Assembly: GCA_965223155.1 (NCBI GenBank)
Contig: CBDCVR010000014.1
Location: forward strand, 64,001 to 128,000
DNA length: 64,000 nt
DNA from: Candidatus Multivoradales bacterium
GTDB lineage: Bacteria > Acidobacteriota > Thermoanaerobaculia > Multivoradales > JAHEKO01
Direction of reading: 5' to 3'
Made by a program: the position numbers and the translations under genes. The notes under the pieces are model-generated. The model was not told the DNA's origin. It saw nothing but the letters and a program-made list of their open reading frames with translations, and searched no databases. This document shows positions 50,135 through 59,116 of this stretch, in pieces (within the stretch, counting starts at the first letter, position 1; every line of letters starts with the position of its first letter).

Positions 50135-50767
50135 ATGAACGTCTCGGGCGAGTACACCTTCGACGCCACCCCGGAAGCGGTGTGGACGGGTCTCTTGGAC
50201 CCCGAGGTTCTGGCCGCCACCATGCCTGGCTGCGAGCGCCTGGAGCTGGTGGGCGAGCACCGGTACGAAGGCGCCCTCGACATCAAGGTCGGTCCGGTCC
50301 AGGGCAAGTTCCAGGGCAAGATCCGGCTGGAGGATCTGGAGCCGCCGACCGGCTTTCGCATGCTGGTCGAGGGTCAGGGCGCGCCCGGCTTCGTGCGGGC
50401 GAGCGCCGAGATCGCGATCCAACCGGACGGCGACCGCACCAAGCTTGTCTACGACGGCGATGCCCAAGTGGGCGGCCGGGTGGCTTCGGTCGGACAGCGA
50501 TTGCTGGAGAGCTCGGCCAAGGCCATCATCCGGCAGAGCCTGGAGGGCCTCAATCAGACGCTGACGCACCGGCAAGCGCTGGCGGATGGAGCCGGCGCGG
50601 CGGACGCTGTGACGCCGGATGCCGCAGCGGCGCCTGCCGCTCCCTCCCAGGCCGAGTTCGCCACCAAGGTCGCGGCCGAAGTGGCCAAGGACCTGCTCCC
50701 CAGGCCGGTCCTCTACGGCATCATCGTCCTGCTCGTTGTCCTGGTGATCCTGCTCCTGATCTTCTAG
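50135..50767 (+). CDS. CoxG-like SRPBCC protein with C-terminal anchor
   Basis: VWTGLLDPEVL..MPGCE, KVGPV, GGRVASVGQRLL, terminal TM. Confidence 0.88.
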   Translation: MNVSGEYTFDATPEAVWTGLLDPEVLAATMPGCERLELVGEHRYEGALDIKVGPVQGKFQGKIRLEDLEPPTGFRMLVEGQGAPGFVRASAEIAIQPDGDRTKLVYDGDAQVGGRVASVGQRLLESSAKAIIRQSLEGLNQTLTHRQALADGAGAADAVTPDAAAAPAAPSQAEFATKVAAEVAKDLLPRPVLYGIIVLLVVLVILLLIF

Positions 50768-50879
50768 CCCGGGTCACCAAGGTTCGGCGAGTAGGCCTCG
50801 GCAGATCTCAACAGGCCGAAACTGTCCGAATCTATTCGGCGAGCTTCGGACTCACCCGGCTGGCGCGCCCGAGAGCGGG

Positions 50880-52271
50880 CTATCGAATCTCGGAGCCGTA
50901 GCGGACCATCACGGCCGCCTCCCCCCGATCGGCAACCAGCCGGGCGATGGTCTCCGCCATCCGGTCCCGGCGCTTGAGCAGGGAGCGGATCTGACGCTTG
51001 GTCAAGTACTGGCCGAGAGCTTCCGTAAGTGCCGCCTCGTCGAGCATCCGCATCCGCTCCCAGAGATCGGCGTCCACGCGGATCAGCTCATGAGTCTCGC
51101 GACGCCCCTCGGTGAAGGCGCGCGAGTGGTCGATGAGAATGATGTTCCACGCCGGATCCACCAGCCAATTGCCTAGATTGGGGTCGACGTTGTGAATCAG
51201 GTTGTCGAACATCTTGGCCCGGATGAGCTGGATGTTCCAACGCTTCAGAAGAGCCGCCGGCGGCGTCGGGGCTCCGCCCAGCTCCTTGAAGGTCTTGCTG
51301 GGCTCGACCCAGAGGGCAGCGGCGCCCGTCTGGTGCCCGATCCTGCGCTCGACCGTCACCGGAACCATGTCCAGCCCCAGCAGCCGGTCGAGCTCGTAGG
51401 CCGCCACCTCGGCATGGTAGCTCTCGAAGAAGCCGGCCTGCACGCCTCGCCGGATCGGCTTCCAGGCGAAGGCCCGTACCGGACTGTCATGAGCCAAGGT
51501 GGCCTTGAACGGCTGGGTCACTCCGACGCCGATCGGCTCCAAAGACACCGGCTCGGCCGAGCGCAGCGTCTCGGCCACCTCGTGCTCGCGGCCCAGCCAG
51601 GTCTTCGAGCTGGCCGCCGGCGCGGCCCCGCCCTCGCCGGGCCTTTCGGCCGCAGGATCCAACGCCGCCGTCTCCGGTCGCGTGGATGGGGCCGCCTCGG
51701 CCGGTTCAATCGGTTGGGCCGGTCTGGAGCCGCCGGCACGGACCGCCGGGCTCTCCAACCCGGTAGCGCGGCTGAAGGTCCAGGCACGGCTCTCGGAGGT
51801 ATCAGAGCCAGCGGCGCCAGCGATCTCGGCCACCAGCCGATCGCCCTCCAAACGGTAGCGGATCTCCTGCGGATAGTCGTGGTCCGGATTCCGGAAGACC
51901 ACCCTCCGCTGTGTGAGTTCGACCAGGGAAAACGCCGTCGCCGGGCGGCCCTGCGGCGAGGCGAAGTAGGCCAAGTCCGCACCGTCTTCCGCCGGGCCGA
52001 TGCGCAGGAACTCGAAGGACGCGGTGCCGCCGCCCTCCACCGGAAGGTCCCGGTGCAGGCCCAGCATGAGACCTCCGGCCGGCTCGAGCCAGCACTCCAA
52101 CGAGGCTCCGTCCTTGGCGCTCCAGCAGCCGGCGAGCCAGTCCAGCCGGTCGATCTCGGCGAGGGCGGTCGAGGCTGACGCAACGGCGGAGGCTTCCGTC
52201 CCTCGGGCCGCCGCCGGAACCAGCAAAGCCGCCAGTAGGGCCGCGCCGGTTCCGAGCCGGAAGCGCCTCAT
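50880..52271 (-). CDS. Secreted DUF6265-like plus kinase-like fusion protein
   Basis: Signal peptide; LDWLAGCW..FRNPDHDYPQEIRY; Pro/Ala linker; AWK, EVAAYELDRLLGLDMVP, NVDPNLGN, LIDHSRAF. Confidence 0.75.
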   Translation of the reverse strand: MRRFRLGTGAALLAALLVPAAARGTEASAVASASTALAEIDRLDWLAGCWSAKDGASLECWLEPAGGLMLGLHRDLPVEGGGTASFEFLRIGPAEDGADLAYFASPQGRPATAFSLVELTQRRVVFRNPDHDYPQEIRYRLEGDRLVAEIAGAAGSDTSESRAWTFSRATGLESPAVRAGGSRPAQPIEPAEAAPSTRPETAALDPAAERPGEGGAAPAASSKTWLGREHEVAETLRSAEPVSLEPIGVGVTQPFKATLAHDSPVRAFAWKPIRRGVQAGFFESYHAEVAAYELDRLLGLDMVPVTVERRIGHQTGAAALWVEPSKTFKELGGAPTPPAALLKRWNIQLIRAKMFDNLIHNVDPNLGNWLVDPAWNIILIDHSRAFTEGRRETHELIRVDADLWERMRMLDEAALTEALGQYLTKRQIRSLLKRRDRMAETIARLVADRGEAAVMVRYGSEIR

Positions 52272-53716
52272 TCGGCCGCTTCCGGAATCGTCTGGCAGGC
52301 GTCGTCCGACTGCTTGGCATCCAGCTCACGCGCCTGCGCCAGCCAGCGCTCGCGCACGATCCGCTCCGGCGTGGTTCCCAAGGCCTCGGCGACCTGCACA
52401 ATGCTCCGCCAGTCGAGACCCGCCAAATCCGCGAAGGCCCGGATTCCCTGAGCCGTCAGTCCCTCGGCGAACGCCGGGCCGATTCCTCGAATCGCCGTCA
52501 GGTCGTCCGACTCGACCACCTCCGCCGTAACCGGCGCGGCCTCGGGCCGGTCGGCCCTCGCGGTCTCGACCCGGTTGCGGCCCGAGTTCTTCGCCCGGTA
52601 GAGCGCGGTGTCCGCGCTTCGGAGCAGCTCCTCCGCCTCCAGGCCGTGATCAGGCAAGAACGCCAGGCCACCGCTGATCGAGACGAAGCCGAGCGGCTGC
52701 CGCTCGCCGTTGGGTACCGGATAGGCGGCGATCATGCCCCGGACCTTGTCCGCGACGTGGACCGCGTCTTCGGGCTGCCGGTCCCGGAGCAGCAGCAGGA
52801 ACTCTTCACCGCCCCAGCGCCCAAAGGCGTCGTCCGTGCGCACCTGCTCTGCGATCAGCCTGGACACCAGTTGCAGACACTCGTCCCCAGCCATGTGGCC
52901 ATTGCTGTCGTTGTAGCTCTTGAAGTGGTCGATATCGAACAGAAAGAGGGCGAGCATCCGTCCAGAGGTCCGAGCCTCGTCGGCAAACTCCCTCAGCGTC
53001 GACGTCAAGGCACCCTTGTTGAGCACGCCGGTAAGCGGGTCCAGGTCGGCCTCGGAGCGCACCCTGCTCAGAGCGGTCGTGCTCTTGTAGGTGTAGGCCG
53101 CGGTGCTGGCCACCACCTGGAGCAGCCGCATCGCGCACAGCGGCTTCTGGCGGCAGCGGGCCAGCGCCAGCACTCCGAAATGGCCGCCGTCCACGGTCAT
53201 GGGCACCGCCATCTCGGGCCGGAAGCCTTGGAGCTCGGACGAGGCCTCGGGGGGCGGCGGCCGGTCGAAGGCCACGCCGCCGGTCACGACCCGGCTCAGC
53301 GGTCCGCGGCCCAAGGTCACGACCGTACCCCGGCTCACCCGCCGGCCGGTCGAGGCGGCAACGATCAGCTGCTGCTCGCGATCCTCCTCGGCGACCGCCG
53401 GCCGGCGGCGAATCAAAACCACCGCTTCCTCGGGATCGAAAACCTTGACCATGTACTCGACCGCGATGCCCGCGATTTCGCGGAACTTCTTGACGCCGTG
53501 CAACCGCTCGAGGCTGCGCAAGGTCTCGGCGAAGCTCCGATCCAGCCGGTCCAGGCCTTCGTTCAGTCGTTCGGCCGCATCCAGCTCCCGCTCCTTGCCG
53601 CCGCCGAAGAGTCCGGCGACGGTAATCAGAGCCGTGAATGCCACTTCCGGCGCCGGGCCAACGGTGGCAACTGCGCTCATGAGCTCGATCGACATGAGGT
53701 GGGTAGCTTGCGCCAC
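52268..53716 (-). CDS. Diguanylate cyclase with GAF-like input and C-terminal helix-hairpin-helix domain
   Basis: DPLTG, DIDHFKSYND..GH, RTDD I-site, GGEEF; DDLTAIRGIGP..WLAQAREL. Confidence 0.88.
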   Translation of the reverse strand: MAQATHLMSIELMSAVATVGPAPEVAFTALITVAGLFGGGKERELDAAERLNEGLDRLDRSFAETLRSLERLHGVKKFREIAGIAVEYMVKVFDPEEAVVLIRRRPAVAEEDREQQLIVAASTGRRVSRGTVVTLGRGPLSRVVTGGVAFDRPPPPEASSELQGFRPEMAVPMTVDGGHFGVLALARCRQKPLCAMRLLQVVASTAAYTYKSTTALSRVRSEADLDPLTGVLNKGALTSTLREFADEARTSGRMLALFLFDIDHFKSYNDSNGHMAGDECLQLVSRLIAEQVRTDDAFGRWGGEEFLLLLRDRQPEDAVHVADKVRGMIAAYPVPNGERQPLGFVSISGGLAFLPDHGLEAEELLRSADTALYRAKNSGRNRVETARADRPEAAPVTAEVVESDDLTAIRGIGPAFAEGLTAQGIRAFADLAGLDWRSIVQVAEALGTTPERIVRERWLAQARELDAKQSDDACQTIPEAAE

Positions 53717-53798
53717 TCGGGGATTCGAGAACGCAAACCTAACGCATCATACGCGAACGGCGGCGGCCCAACCGCTCTCGGCACCCGCTCACGGTCGT

Positions 53799-56700
53799 TC
53801 AGGCCTCGTCCACGGTCTCGTGGAGAGCCTCCGGCGCGCGCTCGGCCCCGAGCACGCGGACAGTGCCGGCCCGCCGGTCCTCCAGGGTCAGGCTCGACGA
53901 CACCAGGGAGGCGCCGCCCGCGACTCCTGAGGCCGCCTCCAGCAGGTAGCGGCCGAAAGCCCGCGTCTGCAGGCACTCGCTCCAGTAGACCTTGAGAGCC
54001 TTGTAGATCTTGCCCACCGGCTCGAGGGGTTTGGCCGTCGGAACCGGATTCGCGCCCGGCCGGAGATCGTCCCAGAGGAGCTCCAGACCGCGGTGCAGCG
54101 AGCTCAGCTCGGCGAAGAGCTTCGGGTGCGCTTCCACGGCTCCGGGAAAGGTCCACAGGAACTTCACGCTCTCGCGCCGAGCCTCCATCTTGCCGACTGT
54201 CCGGATCTCCCCGTTGCCGCCACTCAGGTCCGTGAAGTGCCGTTCGGCCAGCTGCCCGTACTCCCGGGCATTCACCACCAGCCCCCTGGAGGCGTCCTTC
54301 AGGTACCGCTTCCACAATCCGGAGTAGAGCCGCCGGCGCTCGGCGACGCTGTCCCGCACGGGATCCTTCTTGGCTCGCTTGAAGGGCATCGCGGCGGCCA
54401 GCGCCAGCGCGGCCAGATCGGTATCCAGCGGGGCGCCGACACGCAGAATCGCGGGCAGCGCCTCGGGAGCCACCCGCAGCACGAGCCGGGCGGTGGCCTC
54501 CTTGCCCTTGAGCGACTCCATGGCGGCGACCACGGTGGCCGGATCTTCGACCACTTGCCAGAGCACCGCGGCGTCGGCGACATCGTCCATGAGCTTGGGA
54601 CCGACCTGCTTGGTCCATTCGAACTGGAGCTCGAGCCCGAACCGGAACGACCGCAGGCTCGCCTCGGCCTGGAACCCGTCCATCCGCGCCTCGAGCTCGC
54701 CCGACCAGGTCCATCCGCTCCAAACGCCCTTCTTGCGCCTCTCGACCTCGTATCCGTGGCAACCCAGAAACGTGGCCTTGAGGCGATTCTGGGCATCCAC
54801 CTGCATGGTCCGGCGCTCGCGGTCGAAGCTGCTGACGCTGCCGAAACGCGACCCCAGACCCAGGGAGAATCCCCAGCTCTTCAAGCGCTCCAGGGTGGAC
54901 TCGCGCAGGAACTCCACGAGCTCGATCTCGTCGGGCTCGTGCGCTGAGCGCTCGAGCAGCACCGAGAAGTTGCCCCGCGCCAGGTCGGAGTGGAGCTCTC
55001 GCAGTGCCGCCGGGGTCAAGTTCACGTCCAGCAGCGCCTCCTCCTCCTTGAAGCGGCCGTACTCGAAGGAGACCCCGGCTCGCACCTCGGCACGGGCGAT
55101 GGCGTCGAGCGCCTTCTGGGCTTTGGCTTCGAGCTGGTTGCGCTTGGCACGGATCGTCGCCAGCGCCTTGCTCTCGAGGCCCAGGCGCGACACCAGCCGC
55201 GAGCGCATCGACTCCTCGGCGCTGGTGAGCTGGCCGGCGGACTTGGCCAGCATCCGATCGACCGGCGCCAGCCTCTCGCCCAGCGCCGCTTCCAGGGCGG
55301 CCCGCACCACTTCCGGATCGGCGAACTTGGCACCGGCATTGACGTCGATACGAGCCTTCGTGCTGCGCGAGCGCGCCTTGCGCACCGAAACCCGAAACGG
55401 CCGCTCGGCGGGATTGGCCCGCGGGCGGGCGAAGACGATTCGGAAGTCGTCATGCACCGCCAGGCCCGCCTGAAAGCGGGCCGACAGTCCCAACTCCACG
55501 TCGAGCGGTCCCTGGACACCCAGAGTGTCTCCCAGCTCGTTCAGGTTGCCGGCCAAGACGCTCGCCCAGGAAAGCTCGACCGCCGCGCCTAGCTTGCCAG
55601 TCACCCGCAGCTCGAGAGCGTCGTCCTCGGGCAGGCGCAGCACGTCATGGCGCTGGAAGGCGAACCGCGGCCAGTGGAGATCCGAGGCGACAGCGGCTTG
55701 GACGTCCTCTTCGGAGCGCGAATGCGCCCGGTAGTCTGACAGCACCACCGACTTGCCGGCTTCGAACCGCAGTCCGAACGTGTCCGGATCCACGTCCGCC
55801 TTGCCGGTCACCGCGAGTCCGCCCTCCAGCCGGTAGCGCAGCCAGGCCTGGCGTGCGAGGGTCGGCGCCGGCCCCGCGTCGGTCACACCTAGAATCCCGG
55901 TCAAGACCTCCGGAGCCTTGGCCGAAGCACCACCGTTGAAGAGGTCCACGTCCAGACCACCCGTCGCCGTCGGCTCCAGGGTCAGTCCCAACCCCCCCAG
56001 CCGGAACGAGGCCGAGCCCAGGCTCCAGGAGCCTTGCCGGGTGAGCCGTCCACCGCCGGAGGAGAGTGGCTTCTGGGCGATTTGGGCCAACTGCTGAACC
56101 CAAGACTTGATCGCCAGGCTGGTAGCGGGCAGAGCCGACTTCCGTAGCGCCTGCAAGCGCTTGGAGGCAGTCGCATCGCGCGCCTCGACCGCGGTCACGA
56201 GCCACGATGCCGGCCGGCCCTCGATCAGATCGATGTTGTCGATCAGAAAGTCGATGTGATGGGACATCGGCTCGGAGGCGCCGAGGCCGTCGGCCCTCGG
56301 CAACCCGAGGTAGCGACGAGGATTCGTCTCGGCGATGCGGGTGAACTCGGCCTGGGTCAGGCTGTCCTCGAAAAAGCGCCAGTACTCGGTCTCGGTAGCC
56401 TTCATGCGTACGAGCCAGAAATCGGTGCCGAAGAGAACCCGAGCGCGGTAGACCGGATGCTCAAGGAGCTCGTGGATGACATCGAAGTAGGCGGCTTCCG
56501 CCTCGCCGCCCTTGAAAGGCTCGGCGTTGAACGAGATGTCTGTATAGACGTTCTCGTGCTTATCCATCAGGGTGAGAATCGTGTCCTGGAAGCTGTCGGT
56601 ACGGCTGGCCGGGTCGAGATGGGTGGAGGCGACGCCGCCACTGCCGCCAAGATGCGCCAGGCAGACCTTGAGCTCCGGAAATTTCTCGAGCACCGGCCCG

Positions 56701-57602
56701 AAGAACGATGGATTGCTGAATTTTCGGGTCGTCTCGGAGCGGAAGAAGCCGCTGCCTGAAGCGTGGGTCATCACCGGCACCGAGTGCTCCTGGCAGTACT
56801 TGTAGACCGGATCCAGGGCCGCATCGGCCGGCGAGTAGCCCACCGCCGGATAGAGCTTGACCCCCACGAAGCCCCAGCGGTCGAGCGCCTCTTCGGTGAG
56901 CTCGACGAAGCCGGGAAGTGCCGGATCCGTCGCCGAGCCCACGCGCTGCGGATCCACGCCGATGAACGGGAAGAGTCGGCCGGGATAGCGTAGCACCGCC
57001 GAGACCGTGTCGTCCCGCAGCTTCTTGTAGAGCTCCAGATCCTGGCGTCTCTGGTCGTCGGTCTCCCCCTCCGAAGCCACGTCGATGATGAGCGCCACAG
57101 CCGCGTCTTCCGGGTCGATCTCGGACAGCAGGCGGTCGGCGACGCTCCCCATGTCTTGCTCGAAGGCGATCGCAAGCAGGTCGAGGCGATCGGTCCAGGT
57201 GGTCCGTCCGATCTTCTTCTGCTTGCGCAGGAAGCCCGTCATCCGGGTAACAATGCTCTTCAAGCCCAGGAGGGCGTGCTTCTGGAGATCCCCAACGAGC
57301 TCTTCGCCAAACGGCTCCGGCAGATCCCGGCCGGCCCGCTCGAGATCGGTCAGGAGTCCGGTGCTCTTCTCGATGTCCCGCAGCAGGCCTCGCACGAAGG
57401 TCTCCTCGTTGACTTCGGGATGGCCTTTGAGCAGGTCCACGATCCGGTCGCCGACGACGGCACCCAGCTTTCGAGTCAGCTTCGAGTCGCCCAGGTCGGT
57501 GCCCACCACCGCTTCCACGATCCGGTGTTTGATGATGTCCACCGAAGCGTTGGACAGGGTGTCGTCGAGATTGAAGACGTGGGCATGGCAGTTGACGCGC
57601 AT
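53799..57602 (-). CDS. Amidohydrolase_2-like domain fused to a large beta-rich domain of unknown function
   Basis: CHAHVF, GVDP, GVKLYP, VMTH, LAHLGG, YTDIS, FGTDF in about aa 1-435; about 770 unassigned aa after a linker. Confidence 0.85.
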   Translation of the reverse strand: MRVNCHAHVFNLDDTLSNASVDIIKHRIVEAVVGTDLGDSKLTRKLGAVVGDRIVDLLKGHPEVNEETFVRGLLRDIEKSTGLLTDLERAGRDLPEPFGEELVGDLQKHALLGLKSIVTRMTGFLRKQKKIGRTTWTDRLDLLAIAFEQDMGSVADRLLSEIDPEDAAVALIIDVASEGETDDQRRQDLELYKKLRDDTVSAVLRYPGRLFPFIGVDPQRVGSATDPALPGFVELTEEALDRWGFVGVKLYPAVGYSPADAALDPVYKYCQEHSVPVMTHASGSGFFRSETTRKFSNPSFFGPVLEKFPELKVCLAHLGGSGGVASTHLDPASRTDSFQDTILTLMDKHENVYTDISFNAEPFKGGEAEAAYFDVIHELLEHPVYRARVLFGTDFWLVRMKATETEYWRFFEDSLTQAEFTRIAETNPRRYLGLPRADGLGASEPMSHHIDFLIDNIDLIEGRPASWLVTAVEARDATASKRLQALRKSALPATSLAIKSWVQQLAQIAQKPLSSGGGRLTRQGSWSLGSASFRLGGLGLTLEPTATGGLDVDLFNGGASAKAPEVLTGILGVTDAGPAPTLARQAWLRYRLEGGLAVTGKADVDPDTFGLRFEAGKSVVLSDYRAHSRSEEDVQAAVASDLHWPRFAFQRHDVLRLPEDDALELRVTGKLGAAVELSWASVLAGNLNELGDTLGVQGPLDVELGLSARFQAGLAVHDDFRIVFARPRANPAERPFRVSVRKARSRSTKARIDVNAGAKFADPEVVRAALEAALGERLAPVDRMLAKSAGQLTSAEESMRSRLVSRLGLESKALATIRAKRNQLEAKAQKALDAIARAEVRAGVSFEYGRFKEEEALLDVNLTPAALRELHSDLARGNFSVLLERSAHEPDEIELVEFLRESTLERLKSWGFSLGLGSRFGSVSSFDRERRTMQVDAQNRLKATFLGCHGYEVERRKKGVWSGWTWSGELEARMDGFQAEASLRSFRFGLELQFEWTKQVGPKLMDDVADAAVLWQVVEDPATVVAAMESLKGKEATARLVLRVAPEALPAILRVGAPLDTDLAALALAAAMPFKRAKKDPVRDSVAERRRLYSGLWKRYLKDASRGLVVNAREYGQLAERHFTDLSGGNGEIRTVGKMEARRESVKFLWTFPGAVEAHPKLFAELSSLHRGLELLWDDLRPGANPVPTAKPLEPVGKIYKALKVYWSECLQTRAFGRYLLEAASGVAGGASLVSSSLTLEDRRAGTVRVLGAERAPEALHETVDEA

Positions 57603-57751
57603 CGCAGTTCCTCACCGCCCGGCACCGGTATGCCGGTCCTGGATCCATCGTTCGTCGACTAGCTTACGAAGCATATTTCCCTAAAGCCTTCTTCGGGTCA
57701 AGGACGGTTCCCTTCTGGGGCGCGACGATCGCCATCGACTAGAATCGATGC

Positions 57752-58021
57752 ATGACCACACGCGGACGAAAGCACCACACCAAGGTCGTGTGGCCGGGCT
57801 TTTCCAACAACCCGGCACCCAGGCACACGCAGAAGATCGGACGCAACGAGCCCTGCCCGTGCGGTAGCGGCACCAAGTACAAGGACTGCCACCAGGCTGA
57901 CGGCGCCTCCTTCTTGAACAAGCTCGAGCGCCAAGCCGAGCGACAGCGCCGCCGCGAGGTCCGCCAGAAGCTCAAAGAGCAGGGCGTTCCCTGGTATCGG
58001 CGTCTCTTCCTACAGCGTTAG
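57752..58021 (+). CDS. Small SEC-C motif protein
   Basis: [20 protein letters not shown]. Confidence 0.85.
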   Translation: MTTRGRKHHTKVVWPGFSNNPAPRHTQKIGRNEPCPCGSGTKYKDCHQADGASFLNKLERQAERQRRREVRQKLKEQGVPWYRRLFLQR

Positions 58022-58057
58022 CCGGCCGGTCCTCCCAGCGCCGGCCGGATCCGCCGC

Positions 58058-58285
58058 CTAGGATTCGGCCAAGAACCCGCGGGCGTGCTCGACCGCCTCG
58101 CGCTCGACGTCGCCGGCGCCCCATGAGTCCAGGAACGCCCGGTACCGGCGGCGCGCCTGGGCCTGGTCCCCGGCGGCCTCGGCCATCTGAGCCAGACGCA
58201 GGTTGCTCATCACCACGGCGTGGGGTTCGAACAAGCTCTCGCTCGTACGTGCCAGCACCTGTTCGTACCGGGCACGGGCCTCCGA
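58058..58285 (-). pseudogene. C-terminal TPR-like gene fragment
   Basis: SEARARYEQVL..ARRRYRAFLDSWG..ARGFLAES; in-frame TGA at 58286-58288 upstream; no clear RBS. Confidence 0.5.
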
Positions 58286-58327
58286 TCATCGCGCGGAGAG
58301 TATCGGAATCCGGGTGTCTCGCTGGAC

Positions 58328-59116
58328 TCAGTCGCCCAGCAGATCGGGATCGGGCGCCAGCACCAGCATGCGCGTCGTTCGGCGTCGCGGCCAGCTCCGG
58401 CGGAACGAGACCACGCGATGGGGGGTATCCCCTAGTTCGGAAAAATCGTGAAAGCGGTCGTGCAGAGTAAACGCTCCGAGAGATCGGCCGTGCATCAGCG
58501 ACAGGATCTCTTCCAGGAAGTGCCCGATCGACCAGTGGAATCCGACGGCGAAGAACGAGTACACGAAATCGTAGGGGCCGGGCAGAGCGTCCAGCCGGTA
58601 GCCCAGCTCGGCGGCGTCGAAGATCCGGAACTCTCCGGCCTGGTTGTACTCGAGTACCCGCCGCAGCTCCTCCGGGGTGCCGCAGAACGAATCCTCGAAC
58701 CGCGGCCCGGCCTTGGTGTACTTGGTGCTCTCACCCGAGCCTTCGTACAGGTGGAAGGGGACGTCTTCCCAGTCCAGCATCTTCTTGAAGAACGCGCTCG
58801 AACGGCCGAGTCCGGGGCCGATGTCCAGAACCCGAGCCGGCCTGCCGGGCAGGCGCTCCAGGAACGGCGCTAGCGCCTCGTACTCGCCCCAGCAGAGCCC
58901 GTTCTGGTTGAGCTCCCAGAACCTGCGCGAGCTTTCGTCGGCGCGCAAATGAAACTGCGGCGAGATGAGCTTGATCGCGGCCAGTAGCTTCGGGTCGAAG
59001 GGCGGCGCCCTGAAAAGCGGCTCCTTGGCGGCCAGATACGGATCGAGCTCGCTCAGCGAATGGCCGAGCTTGAGCTTCTTGCGGATCTTGGTGACCAGAT
59101 TCACGGCGACGCCCAA
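58328..59116 (-). CDS. Class I SAM-dependent methyltransferase
   Basis: VLDIGPGLGR, YDFVYS, GFHW. Confidence 0.8.
   Translation of the reverse strand: MGVAVNLVTKIRKKLKLGHSLSELDPYLAAKEPLFRAPPFDPKLLAAIKLISPQFHLRADESSRRFWELNQNGLCWGEYEALAPFLERLPGRPARVLDIGPGLGRSSAFFKKMLDWEDVPFHLYEGSGESTKYTKAGPRFEDSFCGTPEELRRVLEYNQAGEFRIFDAAELGYRLDALPGPYDFVYSFFAVGFHWSIGHFLEEILSLMHGRSLGAFTLHDRFHDFSELGDTPHRVVSFRRSWPRRRTTRMLVLAPDPDLLGD

Noticed and set aside
49928-50575. Extension of the prolyl oligopeptidase ORF to 955 aa
   Set aside because: Antisense to the coxG-like gene; lipoprotein signal and GGAGG RBS mark the 49927 start
50790-50825. Hammerhead-like GGCC..GGCCGAAAC
   Set aside because: No CUGANGA core on either strand
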